The position numbers were made by a program, and so were the translations under genes. The notes under the pieces are model-generated. The model saw nothing but the letters and a program-made list of their open reading frames with translations, searched no databases and was not told where the DNA came from. 64,000 nt of DNA, from assembly GCA_963663965.2 (NCBI GenBank), contig CAXXFK010000028.1, forward strand, positions 32,001 through 96,000, written 5' to 3'. Source of the DNA: Sedimentisphaerales bacterium. Lineage in GTDB: Bacteria > Planctomycetota > Phycisphaerae > Sedimentisphaerales > SM23-30. Of this stretch, positions 1 through 9,992 are shown piece after piece (position 1 is the first letter of the stretch; the number at the start of each line of letters is the position of its first letter).

Positions 1-2
1 TA

Positions 3-1553
3 AGTAGGTATGACCCATATGAACCTCAGTTAGATGAATCATACAATATCGAAACAGTTGATATGTTATTCAATCTGGATCCATCATCCGGGGTTATGAG
101 CTTTTTAAAAGCGGTTGAAGATATTGTAGGATTGCTTTCGCAGGAAACAGCTAATGAACTCTTAATTAATTATGAGTCATCTAAAGTGTCTACAAATATG
201 AACATTTTTCAGTTTGCTATTTTGCTCGAACTATCGTATCAGTGTGGTGATATGGAAAGGTTGAGTAAATATGCATTAGAATGTTATAATATCATGCCGG
301 AGGACCACGTTGTTTTTCAGTATCTGAATGAACGTATGGCTATGTGTGGCAGGGTAGATTTACTTGTTGATGCGATGAGTAAATATTTAGATCAACATCC
401 AGAAGGAAATACTTTTTTCTGGCGTTATCTGTTTCGTCTTTCGTGCAGTATAGGTAACTATAAATTAGCTGAATATGCCCTAAGAGATGAAGCTTCTACT
501 CTTTATGTATTAAATTCCATTTACCTCGAGTATGCCAGGGACGATCGTGACAAACTTAAGCAGTTATTCAGAAAAGCGATTGTTGACACAAGGTGTTCTT
601 ATGAAAAACGGAATTACAAATGGGTAGATTGGCAGGAGAAAGGTGGTATATCTGGTTATCTTGACAGCAAAGAATATAAACTTTTTGGCTTTCTGGCTAC
701 CTGTCAGTGTCTAAAGGATGATTTTCTTCGTTATGCGAAAGGAATGAGTAATGATCTTGTTTACGATGAAGTTTTCAGCGATTTTATTCAGAATGAGAAA
801 ATTCCCCCAGAAGGTAATAGTTTTGTTGATATAATGGAGATGTTGATAAAGTGGAATGGGGATAATGATGGAAGTATCTATCAGTCTTTTTCCAATTGGT
901 TAGAAAGTAATCCTTCACAGGAAGAAAAAGCGGCTGTCGTTAGTATTATATCATCTAGTGATTCTATACTCTTTGTTGATAAATTTTATGAGTTGAAACT
1001 TCGTCTATTGTATTTGGCTGGCGATAAAGATGGTGTTGCTAATTGTGTGAATTGGATAGTTTCATCAATATACAGTGAGTATAGCCCAGACTTGTCAGTG
1101 CAGATTATTAAATACTACCTTATGGTTGGTGATGAAACTGGCTTGGAGAGAAATGTCCTAAGATTGCTGACTGCAAATGACTTAAAAATCCCGACGGTGA
1201 AGCCTGGTAATCTATTGCAGATAGAAGATGAGTTAGTTAAGAATAAGGCTGATCTGATCGATAGAGCTGCTGAAATTACCCTGGATTATTATAATAATAA
1301 CCCGGAATCAAGCAGCAGAGCTGTAAAGTATTTATCAATGCTTACTGTATTGAAATATAAGGCTGGCGGCAGCTGTTGGGATCTTTTAGATAAGCTGAAT
1401 GGCCTTTCTGGTGCTTATGTTGAGTTGAGACTCTGGTACCTTGATGTATTGACATTGTGCGGCTATACCAGGGAAGCTGAAAATGAGTATAATTCATTAC
1501 GTGCCAAAGGAGTAATGCCTTATAGCCGGTTAAAAAATGGAGGCATTAAATAG
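3..1553 (+). CDS. Hypothetical alpha-helical (TPR-like) protein, probably 5'-truncated by the window edge
   Basis: 496-aa ORF from 63; the frame stays open back to base 3 (SRYDPYEPQLDESYNIETVD-M). Helical-repeat-like segments (LAEYAL, GYTREAENEY); no recognisable catalytic motif. Confidence 0.6.
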   Translation, partial: SRYDPYEPQLDESYNIETVDMLFNLDPSSGVMSFLKAVEDIVGLLSQETANELLINYESSKVSTNMNIFQFAILLELSYQCGDMERLSKYALECYNIMPEDHVVFQYLNERMAMCGRVDLLVDAMSKYLDQHPEGNTFFWRYLFRLSCSIGNYKLAEYALRDEASTLYVLNSIYLEYARDDRDKLKQLFRKAIVDTRCSYEKRNYKWVDWQEKGGISGYLDSKEYKLFGFLATCQCLKDDFLRYAKGMSNDLVYDEVFSDFIQNEKIPPEGNSFVDIMEMLIKWNGDNDGSIYQSFSNWLESNPSQEEKAAVVSIISSSDSILFVDKFYELKLRLLYLAGDKDGVANCVNWIVSSIYSEYSPDLSVQIIKYYLMVGDETGLERNVLRLLTANDLKIPTVKPGNLLQIEDELVKNKADLIDRAAEITLDYYNNNPESSSRAVKYLSMLTVLKYKAGGSCWDLLDKLNGLSGAYVELRLWYLDVLTLCGYTREAENEYNSLRAKGVMPYSRLKNGGIK

Positions 1554-1575
1554 TTCCATTTTTGTTTTTCCAAAA

Positions 1576-4500
1576 CTAATCAGAAAACTGCTGAATGTCA
1601 TTTAATCTGTCTTTAGCGGTATCTGGCTGTTGCGGCATTATGACAGATTGAAGATCTTTCGCCAGAGTGTTGATCTGGTCAATATAATTGTCCAGCCGCT
1701 CAATAGTATTTTCGTTAATGTTATTTTGTTCCTTCAGCAGGTTTTCCAGCTCGTTTAGGTTGTCCTTTATGTCACATGCACCTATATTGCCCATACTACC
1801 TTTTAAGGTATGGATGAGTTTGCTTGTTGTTTCAAGGTCATATTCGTGAGCCGCTTTGTCTAGTTCATTTAGTTGAGAAGGAGTTGATGTGACCATTTTT
1901 TCCAGTATCTTAATAAATCTTTCCTTGTCGCCGCCTGCATATTTTATGCCGTCTATGGTATTGATGCTGGGAATTTTAGCCAGGGAATCTATTATGCTTT
2001 TATCTGATTTTTCCTTGTTCTTATTATTCAAATGCTTTTCAAGTATCTTGTAAAGCAGGTTTGGATTTATAGGCTTTGATAAATGATCATTCATCCCGGC
2101 ATTGATACTGTTTTCTATGTCTTCTGGCATGACATGTGCCGTCATGGCAATGATAGGTACGATCTTGGCCGCATCATTGTTACTATTTCTAATGTTGTTT
2201 GCAGCCTGGTAGCCGTTCATTTCCGGCATTTCAACATCCATTAAAATAATATCAAATTCGGACTGTCTAAATTGTTCCAGTGCCTCAATGCCATTTTGAG
2301 CAGTTGTTATCTGTATACCGGTTTTAGCCAGCATATTGATGATGATCTCCTGGTTGAGTTCCTGATCTTCAACAAGCAGCATTTTGTATTTTGACAGTTC
2401 AGGTATGACCTTCTCTTTTTTAGCCGGTTGCGTATATCCTGAAAGGTTGAATGCTTTTCTGATCTGAGAGATAAGGTTCTGTGGTATTATTGGTTTATTC
2501 AATACTGCAACAAAACCGGCATTCAGACATTTCTGAATTACACTGTCCTTATTGTAAGATGTTACTGCAATTAGAATGGGTTTTTTATACTGGGTTGATT
2601 CCTGGATTTCAAGAGCAGTTTCTATACCATTACGTTTTGGCATATTCCAGTCAATAATAGCCAGGTCATAGATCTTTTCGCTATTAGTAAGAATGTCAAT
2701 TACTTCATCGCCATTTTCAGCAATAGTAACATTGAAACCGGCATCGATTACCATTTCGCTGATAATTTCAAGTGAAGTGTGATTGTCATCAGCGATAATG
2801 GCATTTTTGCCGGTAAGTTCCGGAATCTGGTTTGAGCTCTTTGGTTCCTGGTTTTCCGGTATTTCAAAAGGCAGCTCAACTGTGAAGCATGTACCTTTTT
2901 TAACTTCACTTTCAACCTTAATTGTTCCACCCATTAGTTCTGTGAGTTGTTTGCATATGTTTAGGCCCAGACCAGTTCCTCCGAACTGTCTGCTGGTTGA
3001 TTTTTCGGCCTGAATATATGGTTGGAATAGCTTTGCGATGCTTTCCTGTTTAATACCGATTCCTGTATCAGTTACTTTGAAACATATGTTAATAACAGTA
3101 TCTGTTCTGCTGAATACCTCTGCTGAAATCGTTATGTCGCCATGAAGAGTGAACTTGATAGAATTGCTTAATAAGTTTGTCAGGATCTGAGATATTCTCA
3201 GTGGGTCGCCAATAAGCCTTTCTGGTATACCAGGTTCGATCTTAACATGCAGCTCAACGTCATTGTCTTCTGTACCTATTGCCAAAATAGAAGCGTTATT
3301 ATACATTAGATCTGCAATAGAAAACTCAATATTTTCAATTGTAAGCTTATTTTCTTCTATCTTGCTGATATCAAGTATATCGTTAACTATTTTAAGTAGC
3401 GAACTTGAAGCATGTTCTATTTTATGTAAGAAATTATGTTGGATCTCATCCAGGCATGTTTCCTGCATAAGGTGTGTCATGCCGATTACTACATTTATTG
3501 GTGTTCGGATCTCATGGCTCATGGTTGCCAGGAACTGGGCTTTAGCCTTGGCAGCAGCCTCGATCTCTTTCTGCTCAATCTCTTTCTGTTCTCGTTCTTT
3601 AATATCGGTTACATCAATCGCAATCCCAAGTACGCTTTCCAGACTGCCATCTTCATTATAAAATGATTCCCAGCTATTATTCATGTGTTTAATTTGGCCA
3701 TGAATGATGGATTTATGGTAGATGTTCCCTGTTGGCCTTAGACCGCTGACTACCTGTCTGAACATTTGGGTCATCTTCTGATGGTCATCTGGGTGGGTAA
3801 ATGATAAAATATCTTCCAGAGTCAAAATTCCATCAATATGATTTTCTCCCCATATTGACCTGGTGTTTTGGATAATGATCTGTTTTTGGTCTGCATCGTA
3901 CTGCCAATAGCATATATGGGCAATATTGGCAGCCTGAAGAAGAAGCTGTTCTCTGCTGGAAAGTTCATTTTCCAGCTGCATTCTTTCTGTTATATCCTGT
4001 ATTACACCTATATATATAGGATTGTTATTTTTGTCCATTGTTAGTCTGGTTGTACTGGATATTGTTTTTATTGTTTTCCCATCCTGGTCTATTATGGTAT
4101 TTGTGTCTTCAATATGGTCGCCTACAACTTTGAGCCTTTCAATGTTATTATAGAAGTATTCTGGATTACCCAGTTTCGCCAAAATAGTTTCAACATTTGT
4201 CAGTCCCTTTTCTGGATATGGCAGGTTGAATATGTCAAAGAATCCTTGTGATGCTCTACCGATATTATTGTCTGGAAACAGCTGCCAGTTGCCTATCTTG
4301 GCCAGTTCCTGTGCGTCTATTAGCTGATCATTTATGTCTTTAAGCTCTATTTCAAATTCTTTCATCGTAGTTATATTTGACATAAATACACCAATACGAA
4401 GGACTTCTCCTGATAGATCTTTCTCTAATATATTGGCTCTGGCGTAGAACCATTGAGGAATGTCTGAAAATTGTAATTTGATTTCAAACGATGATGAATC

Positions 4501-6249
4501 CTGGTACTTATATAGTATCTGGTGCAGTTCAAATTCAGCATCATGTTTGTCAAGCTTTGACACATACTTCCAGAAAGAATCAATGTCAATTTTTGTTTTC
4601 TGGTTATCATGCATTCCCTGGCATTCCCAGAAATGTGAATCGACTTCAATACACTGTTCTTTAATGTTCCAGCTCCAGTAACAGCTTTTGCCTACAGACA
4701 GAGCTATGTCCAAAAGATTGTTTTTTTCTTTTATCAAATTGGATGTTCTGGCTTTTTCTGTTATGTCTACTACAATAAAAACTGATGATGGAATTTCGTA
4801 GATATTATCCTTTAGTGGTTTTGTAATTCCAACATATTTTTTACCCTCAAAGTCAAATTCCAGTTCAATGATTCTGTCGTTCTGCACTGAATTGACAACA
4901 GCTTCTATGATCTTTTCTTTATTTTTTGTGATCGGATAATTGAGGTCTCCGCTATATTCACTATTTGATACAAGTATTTTACCGTTTGAGCCTATAATGC
5001 CGCACCAGAGCGGCAGGGATGACATGATGGCAGAGCTTTCTTTGCTTTGCTGTATTTGCAGGTTTTTTACCTTTTTATATCTTTTTATATATATAGTTAT
5101 AGCAAAAAGAGAAATAGATAGTGCTGCAATAACAATTGATAATATCCATATTAAAACAACAACTGGTTTTGGTAATGGTATTGGAGTATTAATAAGCAAG
5201 GCATTATTTGGGATGTTTTTGGGATTTATTTTCCATTTTTTTAGGGTTTTATAATTGAGTTTAGCGATTTGTTCCGGCACAATAACAGGTGGTATTGATT
5301 TATTGTTGGATTCTAATATCTCGACAATTTGTTTTACAACAGATTCTGCCTGAACATCAGCTGTTGCTATCATTCCGCCTGCCAGACCAAATTCAATTCC
5401 AAAGTCTGTATTTGTAAATATTGGAGCATTGCAATTCTTAATTAATTTAGGGTACATCTTACTTTGGCTAAAATATGTCCCAGAACTATCGTATAGCCAT
5501 ACACCAAGTATAACAATGCTGTCAGGAGGTATTATACTTACCTGTTTCAGCATGTCATATGTTGTTATAGATGAACCATTTATATTATGGAAATTCAGGC
5601 TTTTGTATTCTGATCTTAACTTAGGAATTACAGATGTTCTATATATGCTGCCAATTTGAGAATTGTCCGTGATATATATAATATTTTTCGTGTTTGGAAA
5701 TAGATTTAAGGCAAGTTTGATCGTAGGGTTTATATTAACGCTTTGAACAACCCCTGTAATGTTTGGATAATCCTTAATGTCATATGGTTCATATCCGCTT
5801 ACACCGCAAAATACAATTGGTATTGATAGTGGATTTTCCTTTAGGTATTCAAGTATACCTAAATAGGCGCCATCGTCATTGACAATAATAGCATCTATGT
5901 GCAGGTTTAGATAATGTTTTAATATTGACCTGATAACATTTTGTGAGCTCTGAGTGTTTTTAACTCTTAGCGTGTCAAGGTTTGTAATGTATATTTCGAA
6001 ATCAGTTTCGTATTTATTGAAGTTTCGTTGAATTGCACTTGTGAGCATATCGCTCCACTCAAAGCCAATATGGTAAGAGTTGATGATAAGTATTTTTTGA
6101 GTGCTATCGTTGTTGTCATTTAAGCTGTATTTGGTATTAAGATCACTTACCGTTATGTTGCTTGCATTGCTTACTGCATAAATAGCCGTATTGACGGCAT
6201 GAAGCAGTATGAAGCTTAATAATAGGATGTATTTATATGTATATTTCAT
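1576..6249 (-). CDS. Hybrid sensor histidine kinase/response regulator (periplasmic substrate-binding-like sensor, TM, PAS repeats, HisKA, HATPase, 2 REC, Hpt)
   Basis: H box MSHEIRTP, N box QILTNLLSNSIKFT, G boxes DTGIG and GGTGLGL, receivers IIDWNMP and LMDVEMP, Hpt HTLKG; N-terminal hydrophobic segment and a second TM (VVVLIWILSIVIAAL). Confidence 0.93.
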   Translation of the reverse strand: MKYTYKYILLLSFILLHAVNTAIYAVSNASNITVSDLNTKYSLNDNNDSTQKILIINSYHIGFEWSDMLTSAIQRNFNKYETDFEIYITNLDTLRVKNTQSSQNVIRSILKHYLNLHIDAIIVNDDGAYLGILEYLKENPLSIPIVFCGVSGYEPYDIKDYPNITGVVQSVNINPTIKLALNLFPNTKNIIYITDNSQIGSIYRTSVIPKLRSEYKSLNFHNINGSSITTYDMLKQVSIIPPDSIVILGVWLYDSSGTYFSQSKMYPKLIKNCNAPIFTNTDFGIEFGLAGGMIATADVQAESVVKQIVEILESNNKSIPPVIVPEQIAKLNYKTLKKWKINPKNIPNNALLINTPIPLPKPVVVLIWILSIVIAALSISLFAITIYIKRYKKVKNLQIQQSKESSAIMSSLPLWCGIIGSNGKILVSNSEYSGDLNYPITKNKEKIIEAVVNSVQNDRIIELEFDFEGKKYVGITKPLKDNIYEIPSSVFIVVDITEKARTSNLIKEKNNLLDIALSVGKSCYWSWNIKEQCIEVDSHFWECQGMHDNQKTKIDIDSFWKYVSKLDKHDAEFELHQILYKYQDSSSFEIKLQFSDIPQWFYARANILEKDLSGEVLRIGVFMSNITTMKEFEIELKDINDQLIDAQELAKIGNWQLFPDNNIGRASQGFFDIFNLPYPEKGLTNVETILAKLGNPEYFYNNIERLKVVGDHIEDTNTIIDQDGKTIKTISSTTRLTMDKNNNPIYIGVIQDITERMQLENELSSREQLLLQAANIAHICYWQYDADQKQIIIQNTRSIWGENHIDGILTLEDILSFTHPDDHQKMTQMFRQVVSGLRPTGNIYHKSIIHGQIKHMNNSWESFYNEDGSLESVLGIAIDVTDIKEREQKEIEQKEIEAAAKAKAQFLATMSHEIRTPINVVIGMTHLMQETCLDEIQHNFLHKIEHASSSLLKIVNDILDISKIEENKLTIENIEFSIADLMYNNASILAIGTEDNDVELHVKIEPGIPERLIGDPLRISQILTNLLSNSIKFTLHGDITISAEVFSRTDTVINICFKVTDTGIGIKQESIAKLFQPYIQAEKSTSRQFGGTGLGLNICKQLTELMGGTIKVESEVKKGTCFTVELPFEIPENQEPKSSNQIPELTGKNAIIADDNHTSLEIISEMVIDAGFNVTIAENGDEVIDILTNSEKIYDLAIIDWNMPKRNGIETALEIQESTQYKKPILIAVTSYNKDSVIQKCLNAGFVAVLNKPIIPQNLISQIRKAFNLSGYTQPAKKEKVIPELSKYKMLLVEDQELNQEIIINMLAKTGIQITTAQNGIEALEQFRQSEFDIILMDVEMPEMNGYQAANNIRNSNNDAAKIVPIIAMTAHVMPEDIENSINAGMNDHLSKPINPNLLYKILEKHLNNKNKEKSDKSIIDSLAKIPSINTIDGIKYAGGDKERFIKILEKMVTSTPSQLNELDKAAHEYDLETTSKLIHTLKGSMGNIGACDIKDNLNELENLLKEQNNINENTIERLDNYIDQINTLAKDLQSVIMPQQPDTAKDRLNDIQQFSD

Positions 6250-6497
6250 TTTCCACCAATGACTAATATTAATTAATTCTGTATAGCTAATGTCGACATT
6301 TTTAGTTCTTGGGGAAAATATAATTCGGCGTGCTATTATTGTGAAAGATAATAAATATTTGCTATATTTCGTTAGTATTTATTATTTAATGTCTTATAGA
6401 AAGTATTGTTTTATATGATTTGGCACTAGAGTTGAAATATAGATTATTATTGGACTGAAAATATGAACTGATATAATTGTTCTGGCACATATAGCAC

Positions 6498-6530
6498 AAA
6501 AAAAACCTGTAGTTTTAGCTACAGGTTTTT
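6498..6530 (-). terminator. Rho-independent terminator of ahpC
   Basis: AAAAACCTGTAG/CTACAGGTTTTT stem with a 6-nt loop; T-run on the minus strand about 40 bp after the ahpC stop. Confidence 0.8.
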
Positions 6531-6568
6531 GCAAAAATAATTAACTACAATATTATTTTTAATACTTT

Positions 6569-7150
6569 TTATGAAGCGAAATATTCTTTGAGACCATCGT
6601 TATCTGGCTTCATTGTTTTATCACCTTTGGTCCAGTTGGCCGGGCATACTTCGCCATGAGCTTCAAAATGCTGCAGGGCATCAACAACTCTGAGAGCTTC
6701 ATCAACACTTCTGCCAAGTGGAAGGTTGTTTACTACCTGATGCTGAACAATACCGTCTTTATCGATAAGGAAAAGGCCTCTTAGGGCAACGCCGGCATCT
6801 TCCAGCAGTACATCATAATCACGAGAAATGCTCTTGGTGATATCAGCTACCAGCGGATATTCAACTCCTTCGATTCCACCCTGTGATTTCGGTGTTGTTA
6901 CCCATGCAAAGTGAGAAAAATGTGAATCTACACTAACGCCGATAAGTTCAATGCCTTTGCTCTTAAATTCAGCATATTTGTCCTGAAACGCATGTAGCTC
7001 TGTTGGGCAAACAAAAGTAAAGTCAAGCGGCCAGAAGAAAAGAATTACATACTTCCCTTTATAGTCAGAAAGCTTTACGTTTTTGAACTGGCCACCAACA
7101 ACAGCTTGTGCATCAAAATCCGGTGCAGGCTTGTTAACTAAAACACCCAT
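6569..7150 (-). CDS. ahpC: Typical 2-Cys peroxiredoxin (AhpC/TsaA)
   Basis: Peroxidatic FTFVCPTE and resolving EVCPANW motifs. Confidence 0.93.
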   Translation of the reverse strand: MGVLVNKPAPDFDAQAVVGGQFKNVKLSDYKGKYVILFFWPLDFTFVCPTELHAFQDKYAEFKSKGIELIGVSVDSHFSHFAWVTTPKSQGGIEGVEYPLVADITKSISRDYDVLLEDAGVALRGLFLIDKDGIVQHQVVNNLPLGRSVDEALRVVDALQHFEAHGEVCPANWTKGDKTMKPDNDGLKEYFAS

Positions 7151-7457
7151 GTTAATTACTCCGTTTCTTTTAAGTTATGTTATTAAATTATCTATTACGT
7201 ACACAGTGTTCGTTTTATTATAGATGTGCAGAAGTTAGGAGGTCCAAAAAAAAATGTTTTTTTTATATTATTATATTTCTTTTGGTATCTTCTTAATTAG
7301 TAGTATCTTATAGTTAATTAAGGTTAGGTTTCTAAGTCTATCTGTTTTTGTAGACATGGAAGAAAACTGCAAAATCAACTTTTGCCTGGCTGTTGTTTTT
7401 CATGTGTACCTTATTGTGGTTATTTTAGGAGCTGACTGTGGATATAGTCTATTATTC

Positions 7458-7493
7458 TTGACAAATAATAGATTGGTACTACAATCAGTAGTA
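7458..7493 (+). promoter_or_regulatory. Sigma70-type promoter overlapped by a BlaI-family operator
   Basis: TTGACA (7458-7463), 16 nt, TACAAT (7480-7485); palindrome TACTAC-N5-GTAGTA at 7477-7493, 65 bp upstream of a BlaI-family gene. Confidence 0.7.
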
Positions 7494-7557
7494 TTAATGA
7501 CGATACACAATTTTGGACATTGTTGCAGGGTTGTTGGTAAAAGAATAGCAGAGAACT

Positions 7558-8088
7558 ATGGCAGTAAAAAATAAAACAATAAGTGACCTTGGTGAGCTTC
7601 AGCGGACAGTTATGGAGATAATCTGGGAGCAGAAGCAGGCTACAGTTAAGGATGTTCTGGAAGTAGTTTCCAGCAGGCGGAAATCGCCGCCTGCTTATAC
7701 GACGATCTTAACTGTAATGCAGAAGTTGGAAAAAGCCGGTTTTATCAGGCATATTAAGCAGCGAAATAGCAGTAGCGATGATATCGCTGTTGTTGATGCC
7801 GGCAATCAGTCTGCCAAAAAGAGGGCTTATAAATATGAGCCGGTTAGAACCAGGGAATATGAGCAGTCTCGAGCCTTGCGGGACTTTATCGAAACAGTAT
7901 GGACGGAAAAGGAGCTGCTCGAAAGTGATGGTCAGTCTGGAGATTCGCTGGAGTCGTTCTCGCGTTTAACTGCTACCAGGGCGAAAGTTCTACTGTTCAA
8001 GTATTTGTTGGACGATGAGTTGTTAAGTAAAGAACAGCTTATGGAAATAAAGGTAAAACTGGATAGGAAACTGGAAGGCAAGAAGTGA
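7558..8088 (+). CDS. BlaI/MecI/CopY family transcriptional repressor
   Basis: LGELQRTVMEIIWE...ATVKDV...AYTTILTVMQKLEKAGFI...RAYKYEP winged-helix pattern; C-terminal LSKEQLMEIK dimerisation helix. Confidence 0.85.
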   Translation: MAVKNKTISDLGELQRTVMEIIWEQKQATVKDVLEVVSSRRKSPPAYTTILTVMQKLEKAGFIRHIKQRNSSSDDIAVVDAGNQSAKKRAYKYEPVRTREYEQSRALRDFIETVWTEKELLESDGQSGDSLESFSRLTATRAKVLLFKYLLDDELLSKEQLMEIKVKLDRKLEGKK

Positions 8089-8147
8089 GCTTGTCCACAG
8101 ATTCGCATAGATTAAAATAGTGATTTCATAAATTATAGAGAGTTAAA

Positions 8148-9530
8148 ATGGCAAAGAATAAGAGCTGGCAGAGCCGTATGGCTGTTGAGCAGGATAAACT
8201 GGCAATACAGTTTGTAGAGTCGATCAGTTATGATAAACGTTTGTATCGGTATGATATTGATGGCAGTATCGCTCATGCCCAGATGCTGCAGGAGCAAGGG
8301 ATTCTGACTAAAAAAGAATTTGGTCAGATAAAAAAAGGGCTGAATGAGATAGCTGCTGAGATGGAGTCTGGCAAGTTCAAATATGATATTACCTGTGAAG
8401 ATATTCATATGGTTGTTGAGGCTGCCCTGATCAAGAAGATAGGTGATGTAGGCAAAAAGCTGCATACTGGCCGTAGCCGTAATGACCAGGTAGCACTTGA
8501 TATGAGACTATGGGCCAGGGATGAGGTCGATACCCTTTGTGAACTCCTTAAAGACTTGCAGAAGGCCCTGATCGAGCTGGCGGAAAAAGAAGGCGAGATC
8601 GTTATGCCTAGCTATACGCATCTGCAGAGGGCTCAGCCTGTTGTTTCCGGGCATTACCTGCTGGCATATGTAGAAATGTTCGAGCGTGACCGTCAGAGGC
8701 TGCTGGATGCTCGTAAGCGGATAAATGTTTCACCAATCGGAAGTGGTGCCGTTGCCGGCAGCACACTGGCTCTGAATCGTAAGCGTACTGCCGAATTGCT
8801 TGATTTCCCAGCGGTGACAAGAAACAGTATTGATAGTATAAGTGACAGGGATTTCTGTCTTGAACTGACATTCTGTTGCTCTACAGCTGCTATGCATTTA
8901 TCGCGTATTGCCGAAGACTGGATCATCTATATGACAGAAGAGTTCGGCTTTATTAAGATATCTGATGCCTTTTGTACCAGCAGCAGTATGATGCCGCAGA
9001 AGCGTAACCCTGATATGCTTGAGCTTATTCGTGGTAAGACAGGTCGTGTTTACGGTGCTCTTGTTTCTCTTTTGACTGTGATGAAGGCACAGCCGCTATC
9101 CTACAACCGTGATATGCAGGAAGATAAAGAGCAGATGTTTGATGCTGTAGATACTCTAAGGGCATCACTTACTATTATGGCAGCTATGGCGAGAAATACC
9201 AGCTTTAAGGCAGAAAAGATATCTGATGGCCTTGATAGAGGATTTCTGGATGCTACTGCTTTGGCTGAGTACTTTGTTTCATGCGGTATGCCTTTCAGAC
9301 AGTCACACCAGGTTGTAGGTAAATTGGTGGCTAAGTGTGAGAATGCTGGTATTAAGCTGGCAGAACTGCCGCTTGAAGATTTTACGGCAGAGTGGAAGAA
9401 TGTGACAAAGGATGTTTACAAGAGCCTTGATCCGGTAAATGTTGCAAAGTCATATAAGTCTGATGGTGCCGGTGGTGTTAAGCAGTTGAATACGCAGCTT
9501 AAATACTGGAAAAAGCAAATGGGTAAATAA
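8148..9530 (+). CDS. argH: Argininosuccinate lyase
   Basis: LHTGRSRNDQ, YTHLQRAQP and SSMMPQKRNP signatures; 460 aa. Confidence 0.96.
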   Translation: MAKNKSWQSRMAVEQDKLAIQFVESISYDKRLYRYDIDGSIAHAQMLQEQGILTKKEFGQIKKGLNEIAAEMESGKFKYDITCEDIHMVVEAALIKKIGDVGKKLHTGRSRNDQVALDMRLWARDEVDTLCELLKDLQKALIELAEKEGEIVMPSYTHLQRAQPVVSGHYLLAYVEMFERDRQRLLDARKRINVSPIGSGAVAGSTLALNRKRTAELLDFPAVTRNSIDSISDRDFCLELTFCCSTAAMHLSRIAEDWIIYMTEEFGFIKISDAFCTSSSMMPQKRNPDMLELIRGKTGRVYGALVSLLTVMKAQPLSYNRDMQEDKEQMFDAVDTLRASLTIMAAMARNTSFKAEKISDGLDRGFLDATALAEYFVSCGMPFRQSHQVVGKLVAKCENAGIKLAELPLEDFTAEWKNVTKDVYKSLDPVNVAKSYKSDGAGGVKQLNTQLKYWKKQMGK

Positions 9531-9552
9531 GTTACCATTAACAAATAGATAA

Positions 9553-9595
9553 TTAGTATAAGGGTAGTAGGTTTTGCCTTCTAACCTTATACTAA
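9553..9595 (+). terminator. Stem-loop after argH (possible terminator)
   Basis: TTAGTATAAGG...CCTTATACTAA arms with inner TAG/CTA and AGG/CCT pairs; weak U-tract. Confidence 0.45.
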
Positions 9596-9657
9596 AGTTT
9601 AGCAAAGTAGTTAGTATTGTGACATTGATTGTTTAATATTATCTGGAGAGATAATAA

Positions 9658-9972
9658 ATGCTTTTTGATCCGGAAAAAAGGGAGCACTTTCTCAATATAA
9701 CCAGTCACCAGCGTATTATTTTGATGACATATCCAGAGCTTTATAGTGACCCGGAAGTGTTTAGGCATGTCAGTATTGCCCTGAAGAATGTCGATGGTTA
9801 TAAAATACTGGTAAGTTATTTTGACCTGGAAGAGCTTGAGTCTGTAGCTATTGATATTATCCAGCGGGTCGATGACCATGAGATCGCAGTTGAAATGGAT
9901 AATCTTATCGAAGCTGTGTGGAATCGGGAAAAGTGTGTTGACCCGGATGCTGATGAAACAGGTAAAAGGTAA
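9658..9972 (+). CDS. Hypothetical acidic protein (104 aa)
   Basis: ATG preceded by GGAG; protein-like composition; fills the gap between argH and the convergent vWA gene. Confidence 0.6.
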   Translation: MLFDPEKREHFLNITSHQRIILMTYPELYSDPEVFRHVSIALKNVDGYKILVSYFDLEELESVAIDIIQRVDDHEIAVEMDNLIEAVWNREKCVDPDADETGKR

Positions 9973-9992
9973 AAGTTGATCCTCCTGATGAT

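Noticed and set aside
6420..6500. TGGCAC motifs resembling sigma-54 -24 boxes (6421, 6483; also 17371)
   Set aside because: No TTGC at the -12 position, and at 6421/6483 no plus-strand gene follows.
7261..7276. Possible PerR/Fur box upstream of ahpC
   Set aside because: Only a partial match within nearly pure A/T sequence; not distinguishable from chance.
7356..7574. 72-aa ORF upstream of blaI
   Set aside because: It runs across the promoter and operator elements and has no family features; likely spurious.
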